Assembly: GCA_030390025.1 (NCBI GenBank)
Contig: CM059432.1
Span: 119,042,001-119,106,000, forward strand
From: Squalus acanthias
Lineage: Eukaryota
DNA: 64,000 bases
Direction: 5' to 3'
The notes below the pieces were generated by a model. The model was given only the letters and a program-made list of their open reading frames with translations. It did no database searches and had not been told where the DNA came from. The position numbers were made by a program, and so were the translations under genes. Numbering within the stretch: the first letter of the stretch is position 1; each line of letters opens with the position of its first letter. Below are positions 1-12,145 of this stretch, piece by piece.

Positions 1-1030
1 TTGGAGAAAATTTCTGTTCATCCAATACTGGATGTCGGACAAGCAGTGTGACAAATCAAATGCAGTGGAGGGGTCGAGAGAGGTGGTGATGAGGTAGAGC
101 TGGGTGTCGTCAGCTTAATGTGGAATCTGGCGTGTTGTTGGATGTTGTCGCCAATTGGCAGCATGTAGATGAGAAATAGGAGGAGGTCAAGGATAGATCC
201 TTGGAGGACTCCAGAGGTAAGAGTGCAGAGGTGGGATGAGAAGCCATTGAAGATGATTCTCGAGCTACGACTGGATAGATAGTAATGGAACCATGTGAGG
301 GCATCTCCCACCCAGCTGGACAACAGAAGAGAAGCGATTGAGTGGGATGGTGTGGTCAATCGTGTCAAAGGCTGCAGACCGGTCAAGAAGGATGAAGAAG
401 GATAGTTTACCACGGTCACAGTCACATTGCCCAGGGTGGATTGCTTGAGGAGGAAGGTGATGATGACAGATCTCAAGTGGAGGAGGACAGTATCTGAGTA
501 GAGGGAACGGTTAACAATATTAGCTAAAATAGAGGCCAGGAATGGAAGTTGGGTGGTCAGTGGTTTGGTGGGAATAGGGTCGCGGGAGCAGGAAGTGGGT
601 CTCATGGATAAGATGAGCTCGGAGAGGACATGAGGGGTGATCGAAGAGAAACTAGAGAAAGATGCTAGTTCAAGGCCAGGGTAGAGAGGAACTTTAAGGG
701 AAGTTTGGCTTGGTGGGCTAGTAGAAAGTAGGGAAGCGGCAGAAGCAGCTGAACAAATGGTCTCAATCTTAGTAACAAAGAAGTCCATGAGAAGTCCATG
801 AGATCCTCGCACTTGTTGTTGGAGGTGAGGGTGAAGGGGCCAGGAGAGAAGGGGGTGAAGAAAACAGTTTGTAATTGAGAAGTAGTGTATTCCAGGATGA
901 TCCTGGAATAGTGAGCAGTTTTGGCAGAGGAGAGGAGAATCCGATAGTGCTTTATGTGGTTAAACCAGATCTGGCGATGAATGTCTAAACCAGTTGTCCA
1001 TCATAAATGTTCATGCCTGCGTTTCTTCAG
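1..1030 (-). mobile_element. L2-clade LINE RT fragment (degenerate, internally deleted)
   Basis: ORF 18..812 has L2-type motifs PTSCSRDPIPT, ALTWFHYYLSSRS and GVLQGSILDLLLFLIYMLPIG; disrupted. Confidence 0.75.
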
Positions 1031-1083
1031 TTCAAAAATGTTTTGCCCTGTAAGTTGCTAGAATTGCGAGCTGATAATGAACA

Positions 1084-3417
1084 GCGGTACAGGACCTAAT
1101 TCTAGGGAATGTAGCCGGGCAAGTGGTAGAAGTGTCAGCAGGAGAGCATTTTGGTGACTGTGACCATAATTCGGTGAGATTTAAGGTAGTCATGGAAAAG
1201 GACAAAGATGGACCGGAAATAAAGGTTCTAAATCTGGGGAAGGCTGATTTTAATATGATAAGGCAGGATCTGGCCAAAGTGGACTGGGATCAGCTACTTG
1301 TAGGAAAATCCACATCAGAGCAGTGGGAGTCTTTCAGAAAGGAAATAGAGAGAGTACAACGCCAACATGTTCCCATAAAGGTCAAGGGTGGGACCAACAA
1401 GCCCAGGGAACCCTGGATGTCAAGGGATATACAAGAATGGATTAGGAAAAAAAGGGAGGCTTTTGGTAGATACAAAGGACTAAAAATAGTGGAAGCCCTA
1501 GAGAAGTATAGAAAGTGCAGGGGGTTACTTAAAAAAGAAATTAGGAGAGCGAAGAGGGGGCATGAAAAAACACTGGCGGGCAAAATAAAGGAAAATCCCA
1601 AGGTGTTTTATAAGTATATTAAGGGCAAGAGGATAACCAGGGAAAAAGTAGGGCCCATTAGGGACCAAAGTGGCAATCTGTGTGTAGAACTGAAAGATGT
1701 AGGTGAGGTTTTAAATGAATATTTTGCATCTGTGCTCACTATGGTGAAGGATGATGTAGGCATTGAAATCAGGCAGGGGGATTGTGAAATACTTGAACAA
1801 ATTAGTATTGAGAGGGAGGAGGTACTAGCGGTTTTAGCGGGCTTTAAAGTGGATAAATCCCCAGGCCCAGACGAGATGTATCCCAGGCTGCTGTGTGAGG
1901 CAAGGGAGGAGATTGCAGGGGCACTGACACCAATTTTCAGAACCTCTCTGGCCACAGGGGAGGTGCCAGAGGACTGGAGGACAGCTAACATTGTACCATT
2001 ATTTAAGAAGGGTAGTAGGGATAAACCAGGGAATTACAGGCCAGTGAGCCTAACATCAGTGGTAGGGAAATTATTGGAAAAAATTCTGAGGGACAGAATT
2101 AGTCTCCACTTGGAGAGGCAAGGATTAATCAAGAATAATCAGCATGGCTTTGTCAGGGGGAGATCATGTATAACCAATTTGATTGAATTTTTCAAGGGGG
2201 TGACTAGGTGTGTGGATGAGGGTAGTGAAGTTGATGTAGTCTACATGGACTTCAGTAAGGCTTTTGACAAAGTCCCATATGGGAGCCTGGTCAAGAAGGT
2301 AAGAGCCCATGGGATCCAGGGCAATTTGGCACATTGGATCCAAAATTGGCTTAGTGGCAGGAGGCAGAGGGTGATGGTCGAAGGTTCTTTTTGTGACAGG
2401 AAGCCTGTGTCCAGTGGTGTACTGCAGGGATCGGTGCTGGGTCCTTTGCTGTTTGTAGTGTACATTAATGATTTAGATATGAATGTAGGAGGTATGATCA
2501 GTAAGTTCGCAGATGACACGAAAATTGGTAGAGTGGTAAATAGCGAGGAGGGAAGCCTCAGGCTACAGGATGATATAGATGGGTTGGCTAGATGGGCAGA
2601 ACAGTGGCAAATGGAATTTAACCCTGAAAAGTGTGAGGTGATGCATTTTGGGAGGAATAACAAGGCAAGGGAATACACATTGAATGGTAGGACCCTAGGA
2701 AGGACAGAGAATCAGAGGGACATTGGTGTGCATGTACATAGATCCCTGAAGGCAGCAGGACAGGTAGATAAGATGGTTAAAAAGGCATATCGGATACTTG
2801 CCTTCATTAGCCGAGGCATAGAATATAAGAGCAGGGAGGTTATGATGGAGCTGTACAAAATGCTAGTTAGGCCACAGCTGGAATACTGTGTGCAGTTCTG
2901 GTCGCCACACTATAGGAAGGATGTGATTGCATTGGAGAGGGTGCAGAGGAAATTCACCAGGATGTTACCTGGGCTGGAGCGCTTCAGCTATGAAGAGAGA
3001 CTGGACAGGCTGGGGTTGTTTTCCTTAGAGCAGAGAAGGCTGAGGGGGGACCTGATTGAGGTGTACAAAATTATGAGGGGCATAGATAGGGTAGATAGAA
3101 AGGAACTTTTCCCCTTAGTAGAGGGGTCAATAACCAGGGGACATAGTTTCAAGGTAAGGGGCAGGAGGTCTAGAGGGGATTTGAGGAAAAAAAAATTCAC
3201 ACAGAGGGTGGTTGGAATCTGGAACTCACTGTCTGAAAGAACGGTAGAGGCAGGAACCCTCACAACATTCAAGAAGCATTTAGATGAGCACTTGAAACGC
3301 CATAGCATACTAGGCTACGGACCAAGTGCTGAAAAATGGGATTAGAATAGACAGGACTTGATGGCCGGCGCGGACACGATGGGCCGAAGGGCCTCTTTCT
3401 GTGCTGTATAACTCTAT
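1084..3417 (+). mobile_element. CR1/HER1-type LINE, 5'-truncated, young
   Basis: Uninterrupted ORF2 remnant, 3' UTR hairpin region (gggccgaagggcct) and (actctatg)-type tail; near-identical to the copy at 51316-53358. Confidence 0.9.
1123..3345 (+). CDS. CR1 ORF2 remnant: end of APE endonuclease plus complete reverse transcriptase
   Basis: 740 aa with GDCDHN (EN end), KSPGPD, NYRPVSLTS, QHGF, DFSKAFD, QGSVLGP, FADD, LEYCVQFWSP. Confidence 0.85.
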   Translation: MVEVSAGEHFGDCDHNSVRFKVVMEKDKDGPEIKVLNLGKADFNMIRQDLAKVDWDQLLVGKSTSEQWESFRKEIERVQRQHVPIKVKGGTNKPREPWMSRDIQEWIRKKREAFGRYKGLKIVEALEKYRKCRGLLKKEIRRAKRGHEKTLAGKIKENPKVFYKYIKGKRITREKVGPIRDQSGNLCVELKDVGEVLNEYFASVLTMVKDDVGIEIRQGDCEILEQISIEREEVLAVLAGFKVDKSPGPDEMYPRLLCEAREEIAGALTPIFRTSLATGEVPEDWRTANIVPLFKKGSRDKPGNYRPVSLTSVVGKLLEKILRDRISLHLERQGLIKNNQHGFVRGRSCITNLIEFFKGVTRCVDEGSEVDVVYMDFSKAFDKVPYGSLVKKVRAHGIQGNLAHWIQNWLSGRRQRVMVEGSFCDRKPVSSGVLQGSVLGPLLFVVYINDLDMNVGGMISKFADDTKIGRVVNSEEGSLRLQDDIDGLARWAEQWQMEFNPEKCEVMHFGRNNKAREYTLNGRTLGRTENQRDIGVHVHRSLKAAGQVDKMVKKAYRILAFISRGIEYKSREVMMELYKMLVRPQLEYCVQFWSPHYRKDVIALERVQRKFTRMLPGLERFSYEERLDRLGLFSLEQRRLRGDLIEVYKIMRGIDRVDRKELFPLVEGSITRGHSFKVRGRRSRGDLRKKKFTQRVVGIWNSLSERTVEAGTLTTFKKHLDEHLKRHSILGYGPSAEKWD

Positions 3418-4200
3418 GGGCTGGATTTTGTCTTGGGGTCGGGTTGGGGTCGTGTCCTCCACATTTTGTTTTTCCCCCCCGACTCCAGATTAATGTGGAT
3501 GAATGATGCAATTTTCACTTAATTGGGCAATTGAGTTCCAGCATGTGGGAACCCATGAACCAATTAGTGGTTTCAGCTGAAACCCGCCTCTGATGATGTC
3601 ATCATTGCTGACTGCCTGCTCTCAGAGATTGTCTGGCTGCTGGTGAGAGAGGATCTGCCTGGCTTTTGATGTGATTGGACCTGGATGGAAAACTGATATA
3701 TATATGTGAGAGAGAGAGAGAGAGACAGAGAGAGAGAGAATTTTTTTGCATCCAAGTCCTCTCACAGCAAAGGCCAGGCAGTCTCTGAAGACATTCAATG
3801 GAGCAGCATCAGAGGCGACTTTCAGGCCTGATACTACTACTACCTTCATCACATCTCCGTTGTAATAGTGGACCTGCAGCTGATAGTCAGCTATCCACTT
3901 GTGCTCCCGCCAGGTTTCACTGGAGTGTTTCACACCAGGCGTACTTCACGTCAGAAAAGGGTTAAACTAGCTACAACGATTCAAAATAGCATTACAGACC
4001 CAAATTAGGGCTTGTTAAGGGCTGTAATGGCCTCTCCCGCCTCTTGGAGGCGGGAGAGAGTCGGGAACCCCGCGACTGATTTTGTCAAAATTGTATGGAG
4101 GTGGGATAGATTCGGGATGGGGTCGGAAACCCCGACCCCGCAAATTTAACCCCCCACACGCCTCCAAACCCGACTCCATGGGTCATTCAAAATCCAGCCC
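3418..4200. mobile_element. Non-autonomous Harbinger-like MITE
   Basis: TIRs gggctggattttg / caaaatccagccc with 3-bp TSD tat; inserted in the CR1 tail; related copy at 57041-57475. Confidence 0.8.
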
Positions 4201-4211
4201 TATGACTCTAT

Positions 4212-4785
4212 CTAATGGGGCATCTGGGACCTTAGTGAATGACGGGACCAACAGTCTATCTCCTCAACCAATGAGATTTAAGGATTGAGAAAGAACCAGA
4301 GGAAGAACAGAAAAGGAAATGGTTTTAATTAGAGTCAAATCAGGTCCAGAAAGAGAAATAAAGAGAGAATAAGAAAGATTAGATTAAGAGAGAGAGAGGA
4401 TTTTTTTTTTATATTTAAAAACCTCTCAGATCAATTTATTACCTGTGGAATGAGACTCCACGGTTTCAACTGTTCCCTTTCTGGGATGGAGCGGTTGAGT
4501 GGTGTTGCAGGAGCATAAATCTCGTCATTAGGAAGGTATTTGCGCCGTCAAGCACCAGCCTAACTTTCTGCAGCAAGTTTAATGGGAAATTAACGTGCAA
4601 ATGAAGCAACTTCATGAAACTCATGGGGAGGTTAAGAGCGAGATGCTGTTTTCGCGAAGCTAAGCTGAGTAGTCCAGCAACTTGTGGCGATTCGCAATTC
4701 ATGGGGTATCTCTTCCTCGCCACAAGTTGTTGACTGATTTACACATTAATAACAGCGTGCGCATTAAACTCGCTAAAATTTTGTC
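4212..4785. mobile_element. MITE fragment of the same family as 6428-10453 (its left piece at ~1032-1083 is split off by the CR1)
   Basis: Shares ggcatctgggacctt...aaccaatg...gagaaagaa...cctaactttctgc blocks with 6558-7060. Confidence 0.6.
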
Positions 4786-5547
4786 GTCTGGCTGCCGGCA
4801 ATATTGCAACAGAATCCCTCCACCTGATGCTGCATTAATAGTGTTTACATACAGCTAATAACTGTGCACACATGGACATGGAGTTGCTACAAAGATCCTG
4901 AATCACAAAGCTTCTAACGTAACATTCACCACATCAAATACAACAATCAGCACACAGCAGGCTAAAAATATGCAGGAAAACTCAGCAGTGTTTTTCAGAA
5001 GGTGTTGCTTTGAATGGGTAACATGGGTTAATGGTTATTTTTCAGTCAAATTCAGAGTTTTAAAGGGAGTCTACCTTTCTGAAAATGCATGTTAAGTGAA
5101 AAAGATTTGTTCAAAACACAATGCATTAATTTTTTGAAATGCATCATCTCACTTTTACATAACATCATTAAAAAAGATTCTTCAGTCTCAAAATTAGGTT
5201 TGCCCAGTCTTTGTTTAAAAGGAGATTGTGTAATTTAAGGTCTCTTCCCAACTGAGAATTCTTAACGAGACTATTTCATTAAAGAAAGAGGTGTACTGTC
5301 AGTCTATTTGGGTAGAGTATTGAAAGCTGGACTGGAATAGAAAAGTTTAGCTTTTATTTGCTTGATTAGAATTCCTCTCCCACATTGTAAGCAAACAAAG
5401 CTCAGGTGGTGCAAAATTGAAGACATCACACTTAGCTTCCTTGCAAAAGAGTAAACAGTTTAAAATATCCGTATCCAGAGTCTGATATGTGTGTTTACAT
5501 ATATATAAATATATAGAGAGAGATGTCAACAGTTTTGCCACTAATGC

Positions 5548-6378
5548 CATAAGAACATAAGAAATAGGAGCAGGAGTAGGCCATACAGCCCCTCGAGCCT
5601 GCTCCGCCATTCAATAAGATCATGGCTAATCTTGGGCTCAAAGCCACTTCCCTGCCCGCTCCCCATAACCCTTCACTCCCTTATCTTGCAAAAATCTGTC
5701 TATCTCCACCTTAAATGTATTTAATGACCCAGCCTCCACAGCTCGCTGGGGCAGAGAATTCCACAGATTTACAACCTCTGAGAGAAGAAATTCCTCCTCA
5801 TCTCAGTTCTAAAAGGGTGACCCTTTATTCTAAAACTGTGCCCCCGCGTTCTAGATTTCCCCATGAGGGGAAACATCCTCTCTGCATCTACCTTGTCGAG
5901 CCCCCTCAGTATCTTATATGTTTCAATAAGATCACCTCTCATTCTTCTAAATTACAATGAGTATAGGCCCAGCCTGCTCAACCTTTCCTCATAAGTCAAC
6001 CCCCTCATCTCTGGAATTAACCTAGTGAATGGTCTCTGAACGGCCTCCAATGCAAGTATATCCTTCCTTAAATAAGGAGACCAAAACTGTACGCAGTACT
6101 CAAGGTGTGGTCTCACCAATACCGTGTACAGTTGTAGCAGGACTTCCCTGCTTTTATACTCCAACCCCTTTGAAATAAAGGCCAACATTCCATTTGCCTT
6201 TTTGATTACTTGCTGTACCTGCATGTGAACTTTTTGTGTTTCATGCACAAGAACCCCCAGGTCCCTCTGAACTGTAGCATTTTGTAATCTCTCTCCATTT
6301 AAATAATAATTTGCTTTTTTATTTTTCCTGCCCAAGTGTATAACCTCGCAATTTCCCACATTATACTCCATCTGCCAA
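5548..6378 (-). mobile_element. CR1 LINE 3' fragment
   Basis: ORF 5952..6371 with VRPHLEYCVQFWSP; (ataagaac) tail at the left end. Confidence 0.85.
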
Positions 6379-6427
6379 TGAATAAACTACAGAGATTATG
6401 AAAAACATGGCAGGTTAGTAATGCATT

Positions 6428-9400
6428 GACCCAGATTTTGCTGGAGCATGGCATCTCGCGGCATGCCTGTCTATTAGATTTGTTTCCTCACCATTCGGCT
6501 CTAAAAGTTTTTCCACTGTAAATCGCTCAAAGTGTGAGCTGATAGTGAGGTCAATGAGGCATCTGGGACCTTGGTAAACAACCGTCTATCTTCTTAACCA
6601 ATGTGTTTTAAGGATAGAGAAAGAAACAGATGACCAACAGAGAAGGAAATAGGGTAAATTAGAGTCAAATTAGATACAGAAAGAGAAATAAAGAGAAAGA
6701 AAGATTGGATTAAGAGGGAGAGAGAAATGAGACAGAAAGGAAAAGTAAGAAAAGAATTAAAAATTTTAAATTTTAAATTTTAAACACCTCTCGGAATAAT
6801 TTACTACTTGAGAGGTTAGTTTGAATTGTTTCCTTTCTGGGCCGGAGAACTTGAGGGGCATTGCAGGAATATATATCTCATTAAAAGGGTTCTTTCGTCA
6901 TTAAGTACCAGACCTAACTTTCTGCGGCGAGTTTAATTTCTTTCCACAGCGCAAATGCAGCAATTTTTGAAACTCACGGGGAAGTTAACGGCGAGCTCTC
7001 GTTTTCGCGAGGCTAACGGCGGAGCGGCAGAAATCATCCAGCAATTTGTGGCAATTCACATATCAGCGGGAATGGTAGCATCATGGTTAAGTTACTGGAC
7101 TATCCAGAGGCCTGGACTAATGATCCGGAGACGTGAGTTCAAATCCCATCATGGCAGCGGTGGAATTTAAATTCAGTTAATTAAATAATTCTGGAATAAA
7201 AAGCTAGTATCAGTAATGGTGACCATAAACCTATCGGATTGTCGTAAAAACCCATCTGGTTCACTAATGTCCTTTAGGGAAGGCAATCAGTTGTCCTTGC
7301 CTGGTCTGGCCTATATGTGACCCACAGCAATGTGGTTGACTCTTAACTGCCCTCTGAAATGGCCTAGCAAGCCATTCAGTTGTAAAAAACTGCTACAAGA
7401 AACAATAATAAGAATAAAACTGACAGATCACTCGGCACCGGCTTCGGACATGACAAAGGCAAAACCAGCCCAGTCGACCCTGCAAAGTCCTCCTCACTAA
7501 CATCTGGGGACTTGTGCCAAAATTGGGAGAACTGTCCCACAGGCTAGTCAAGCAACAGCCTGACATAGTCATACTCAAAGAATCATACCTTTCAGCCAAT
7601 GTCCCAGACTCCTCCATCACCATCCCTGGGTATGTCCTGTCCCACCGGCATGATAGACCCACCAGAGGTGGCAGCACCGTGGTATACAGTCGGGAGGTAG
7701 TGGCCCTGGGAGTCCTCAACATGGACTCTGGACCCTATGAAGTCTCATGGCTTCAGGTCAAGCATATGGGCAAGGAAACCTCCTGCTGATTATCACCTAC
7801 TGCCCTCCCTCAGCTGATGAATCAGTACTCCTCCATGTTGAACATTACTTAGAAGAAGCACTGAGGGTAGCAAGGGCACAGCGCATGTACTCTGGGTGGA
7901 GGACTTCAATGTCCATCATCAAGAGTGGTTCGGTAGCACCACTACTGACCGAGCTGGCCGAGTCCTGAAGGACCTAGCTGCCAGATTGGGCCTGCAGCAG
8001 GTAGTGAGAGAACCAACATGAGGGAAAACCTACTTGACCTCGTCCTCACCAATCTACCTGTCACAGATGCATCTGTCCATGACAGATGAGATTAGAATGA
8101 TATAATCGCATTGAGGTAGGAGTGACCACCGCACAGTCATTGCGGAGACAAAGTCCCGTCTTCACACTAAGGATACTCTGCATCGTGTTGTGTGGCACTA
8201 CCACCGTGCTAAATAGGATAGATTCAGAATAGATCTAGCAGCTCAAAACTGTGCATCCATGAGGCGCTGTGGGCCATCAGCAGCAGCAGAATTGTATTCC
8301 ACCACAATCTGTAACCTCATGGCCTGGCATATCCCTCACTCTACCATTAACATCAAGTCAGGCGACCAACACTGGTTCAATGAGGATTGTAGAAGAGCAT
8401 GCCAGGAGCAGCACCAGGTGTACCTAAAAATGAGGTGCCAACCTGGGGTAGCTGCAACACAGGACTATGTGCATGCTAAACAACGGAAGCAGCATGCTAT
8501 AGACAGAGCTAAGCGATCCCACAACCAACGGATCAGATCAAAGTTCTGCAGTCCTGTCATATCCAGTTGTGAATGGTGGTGGACCATTAAACAACTAATG
8601 GGAGGAAGAGGATCCATGAATATCCCCATCCTCAATGATGGCAGAGCCCATCACGTGAGTGCAAAAGACAATGCTGAAGCATTTGCAGCCAGAAGTGTCG
8701 AGTGGATGATCCATCTCAGCCTCCTCCTGAGGTCCTCACCACCACAGAAGCCAGTCTTCAGCCAATTCGATTCACTTCACGTGGTATTAAGAAATGGCTG
8801 AGCGCCCTGGATACAGCAAAGGCTATGGGCCCCGACAACATCCCGGCTAGCCTGCTGAAGACTTGTGCTCCAGAACTAGCCACGCCTGCAGCCAATCTGT
8901 TCCAGTACAGCTATAACACTGGCATCTATCCAACAATATCGAAAACTGCCCAGGTATGTCCTGTCCACAAAAAGCAGAATAAATCCAATCTGGCCAATTA
9001 CCGTCCCATCAGTCTACTCTCAATCATCAGCAAAGTGATGGAAGGTGTCGTCAAACGGCGCTTACTCACCAATAACCTGCGCACCGATGCTCAGTTTGGG
9101 CTCTGCCAGGAACACTCAGCTTCAGACCTCATTACAGCCTTGGTCCAAACATGGACAAAAGAGCTGAATTCCAGAGGTGAGGTGAGAGTGACTGCATTCA
9201 ACATCAAGGCAGCATTTCACTGAATGTGGCATCAAGGAGCCCTAGTAAAATTGAAGTCAATGGGAATCAGGAGGAAAAGTCTCCACTGGCTGGAGTCATA
9301 CCTAGCACAAATGAAGATGGTTGTGGTTGTTGGAGGCCAATCATCTCAGCTCCAGGACATCGCTGCAGGAGTTCCTTAGGGCAGTGTCCTAGGCCCAACC

Positions 9401-10453
9401 ATCTTCAGCTGCTCCATCAATGACCTTCCCTCCATCATAGCGTCAGAAGTGGGGATGTTCGCTGATGATTGCACAGTGTTCTGTTCCATTCGCAACACCT
9501 CAGATAATGAAGCAGTCTATGCCCGCATGCAGCAAGACCTGGACAACATTCAGGCTTGGCCTGATAAGTGGCAAGTAACATTCACGCCACACAAGTGCCA
9601 TGCAATGACTACCTCCAACAAGAGAATGTCTAACCACCTCTCCTTGATATTCAATGGCATTACCATCACCAAATCTCCCAACATCAACATCTTGGCGGGT
9701 TACCATTGACCGGTAACTTAACTGGACCAGTCACATAAATATTGTGGCTACAAGAGCAGGTCAGAGGCTGGGTATTCTGCGGTGAGTGTCGCACCTCCTG
9801 ACTCCCCAAAGCTTTTCCACTATCTACAAGGCACAAGTAAGGAGTGTGATGGAATACACTCCACTTGATGAGTGCAGCTCCAACAACACTGAAGAAACTC
9901 AACACCATCCAGGACAAAGCAGCCCGCTTGATTCCCCCCCGCCATTCACCACCTTAAACATTCACTCCCTCCACCATCGGTGCACTGTGTACTATCTACA
10001 AGATGCACTGCAGCAACTCGCCAAGGCTTCTTCGGCAGCACCTCCCAAACCCGCGACCTCTACCACCTAGAAGGACAAGGGCAGCAGGCGCATCGGAACA
10101 CCATCACCTCCAAGTTCCCCTCCAAGTCACACACCATCCTGACTTCGATGTATATCGCCGATCCTTCATTGTTGCCGGATCAAAATCCTGGAACTCCCTC
10201 CCTAACAGCACTGTGGGAATACCTTCACCACAGGGACTGCAGCGGTTCAAGAAGTCGGCTCACCACCACCTTCTCAAGGGTAATTAGAGATGGGCCATAA
10301 ATGCTCGCCATGCCAGTGACGCCCACACCCCAGGAATGAATAAAAATAAAATCAGGCCGACTCTCTTCCTCACCACAAATTTCTGGGTTATTTACTCACT
10401 AATAATGGCGTGTGCATTTAACTTGCTGTTATTTTCCCAGCTGTTTCTGGGCC
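6428..10453. mobile_element. Harbinger-like MITE interrupted by the tRNA-headed LINE
   Basis: Imperfect TIRs gacccagatttt / tttctgggcc with att TSD on both sides; internal sequence resumes across the LINE, judged against the 4212-4785 copy. Confidence 0.65.
7067..10350 (+). mobile_element. Full-length single-ORF LINE (CR1 group, Zenon-like) with tRNA-derived 5' head, copy 1 (degenerate)
   Basis: A-box-like tagcatcatgg and B box gttcaaatc (7137-7145); EN motifs TNIWGL, PDIVILKESYL, DRPTRGG; RT motifs KAMGPDNIP, NYRPISLLS, FADD, IYKAQVRSVMEY; A-rich tail; possible TSD atcag; several frameshifts. Confidence 0.85.
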
Positions 10454-10854
10454 ATTAAAGTTTCAAATAGTATCAAATTGATTAGAAATGATTTCCAAAC
10501 TAATTACTATCATTTAGAAACTGTAGTAATACTTGTGTAGAAAAAATTAATGCACTTGTACAACATTATTTTGTTTGCTATGTTAAAGGAGATTTAGACA
10601 ATTTTAAATAAATGCCTTAAAAACACTATTAAAATACCAGACAAATTAATGATATATGTAAATATTAGGGGGGGCTAAATTCAATTCCCCCAAAAATGGA
10701 TGTGGGGATTGCGATGTGCGATTAACCTGCACCCATTCAATGTGATGCAGGCAGCACGTCAACTTCGAACGGCCTGCTGATTAATATGATTGCAGCATGC
10801 AGCCAGCGCTAACTGCGCTGTTGATTGTCTGCACACATCAGCGGGGGGCCTAAA

Positions 10855-11252
10855 ATCATCCTTGTTTTCAAATCCCTCCATGACCTCGTCCCACCATATC
10901 TCTGTAATCTCCTTTAGCCCCACAAGCCCCCGAGATATCAGCGCTCCTCTAATTCTGCCCTCTTGAGCATCCCTGATTTTAATCGCTCAACCATTGTTGG
11001 CCGTGCCTTCTGTTGCCTAGGCCTAAGGTCTAGAATTCCCTCCCTAAACCTTTCCGCCTCGCTACCTCTCTTTCCTCCTTTAAGACGCTCCTTAAAACCT
11101 CCCACTTTGACCAAGCTTTTGGTCACCTGCCCTAATTTCTCCTTATGTGGCTCGGTGTCAAATTTTTTTGTCTTATAATACTCCTGTGAAGCACCTTGGG
11201 ATGTTTTACTACATTAAAGGCACTATATAAATACAAGTTGTTGTTATTGTTG
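10855..11252 (+). mobile_element. L2 LINE 3' end inserted in the Harbinger
   Basis: LVFKSLH..GRAF C-terminal motifs and the L2 tail gttttactacattaaaggcactatataaatacaagttgttg. Confidence 0.75.
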
Positions 11253-11456
11253 AGCGGCTAGCACCAGTTAAAACTAGCCTGCACCTCTTAAAGGGGAGGT
11301 GCATTGTGGCTGGAGCAGGTGCTGGAAGTCATTCTGCAACTGATTCTGACCTGGGAAATACTCAATAATGGCACAACGTCCGGGAGAGTGTGCTCCAAGG
11401 TTTTCCGACGCTGCACTGGAGGCTTTGGTGGAGGAGATGGAAAGGAGTAGAGGTTC

Positions 11457-11631
11457 CCCCTAATATTTACATATATCCTTAATTTGTCTGGTATTTTAAT
11501 AGAGTTTTTAAGGCATTTATTTAAAATTGGTTAAAATCTCCTTTAACATAGCAAACAAAATAATGTTGTACGAGTGCATTAACTGTTTCTACACAAGTAT
11601 TACTACAGTTTCTAAATGATAGTAATTAGTT
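11457..11631 (-). repeat. Inverted copy of flanking DNA 10498-10671
   Basis: Reverse complement matches 10498-10671 with only a few substitutions. Confidence 0.9.
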
Positions 11632-12145
11632 GTATCCACAGATGGCAGGAGGCCCACCAGACACATGATCTGGAGGCAGTGGGAGCAGAAAACTGTGGCA
11701 ATCAATGCCAGGAGTCAAGCCCCGGAGACCTGAAAGCAAGTTCAATGACCTCACATGAGTGGTTAAGGTCAGTGAATGCATCTTCAAATGCAATATCCTA
11801 CAACTGCACCATGAGACTCAGACCACCGCGCATCTTGACAGCTGCTCTGCCATGAATTGAGGGCTCTACCAGAGCGGTCCAGGCAGTTTCAGCCTGCCAA
11901 TGGTCTGCTCTATCATATTTTGTGTGACAGCATGACTATCATTGTATGCATGCTGCCACGCGTGCATGGGTTGAGCACTGGAGTCATGAGCCATGTCAGC
12001 AGATGGCTCTTGTCACCCAGTAGTTGGTGTGGTGGATCAACTGCAAATGGCACTGCGGACTACCACAGAGTGAAGGCATCGTGGCTGCTGTCAGGATACC
12101 GGGCATTGACCTGTATGTTTCGCTGCCTATGGTGGCACACCAGCT

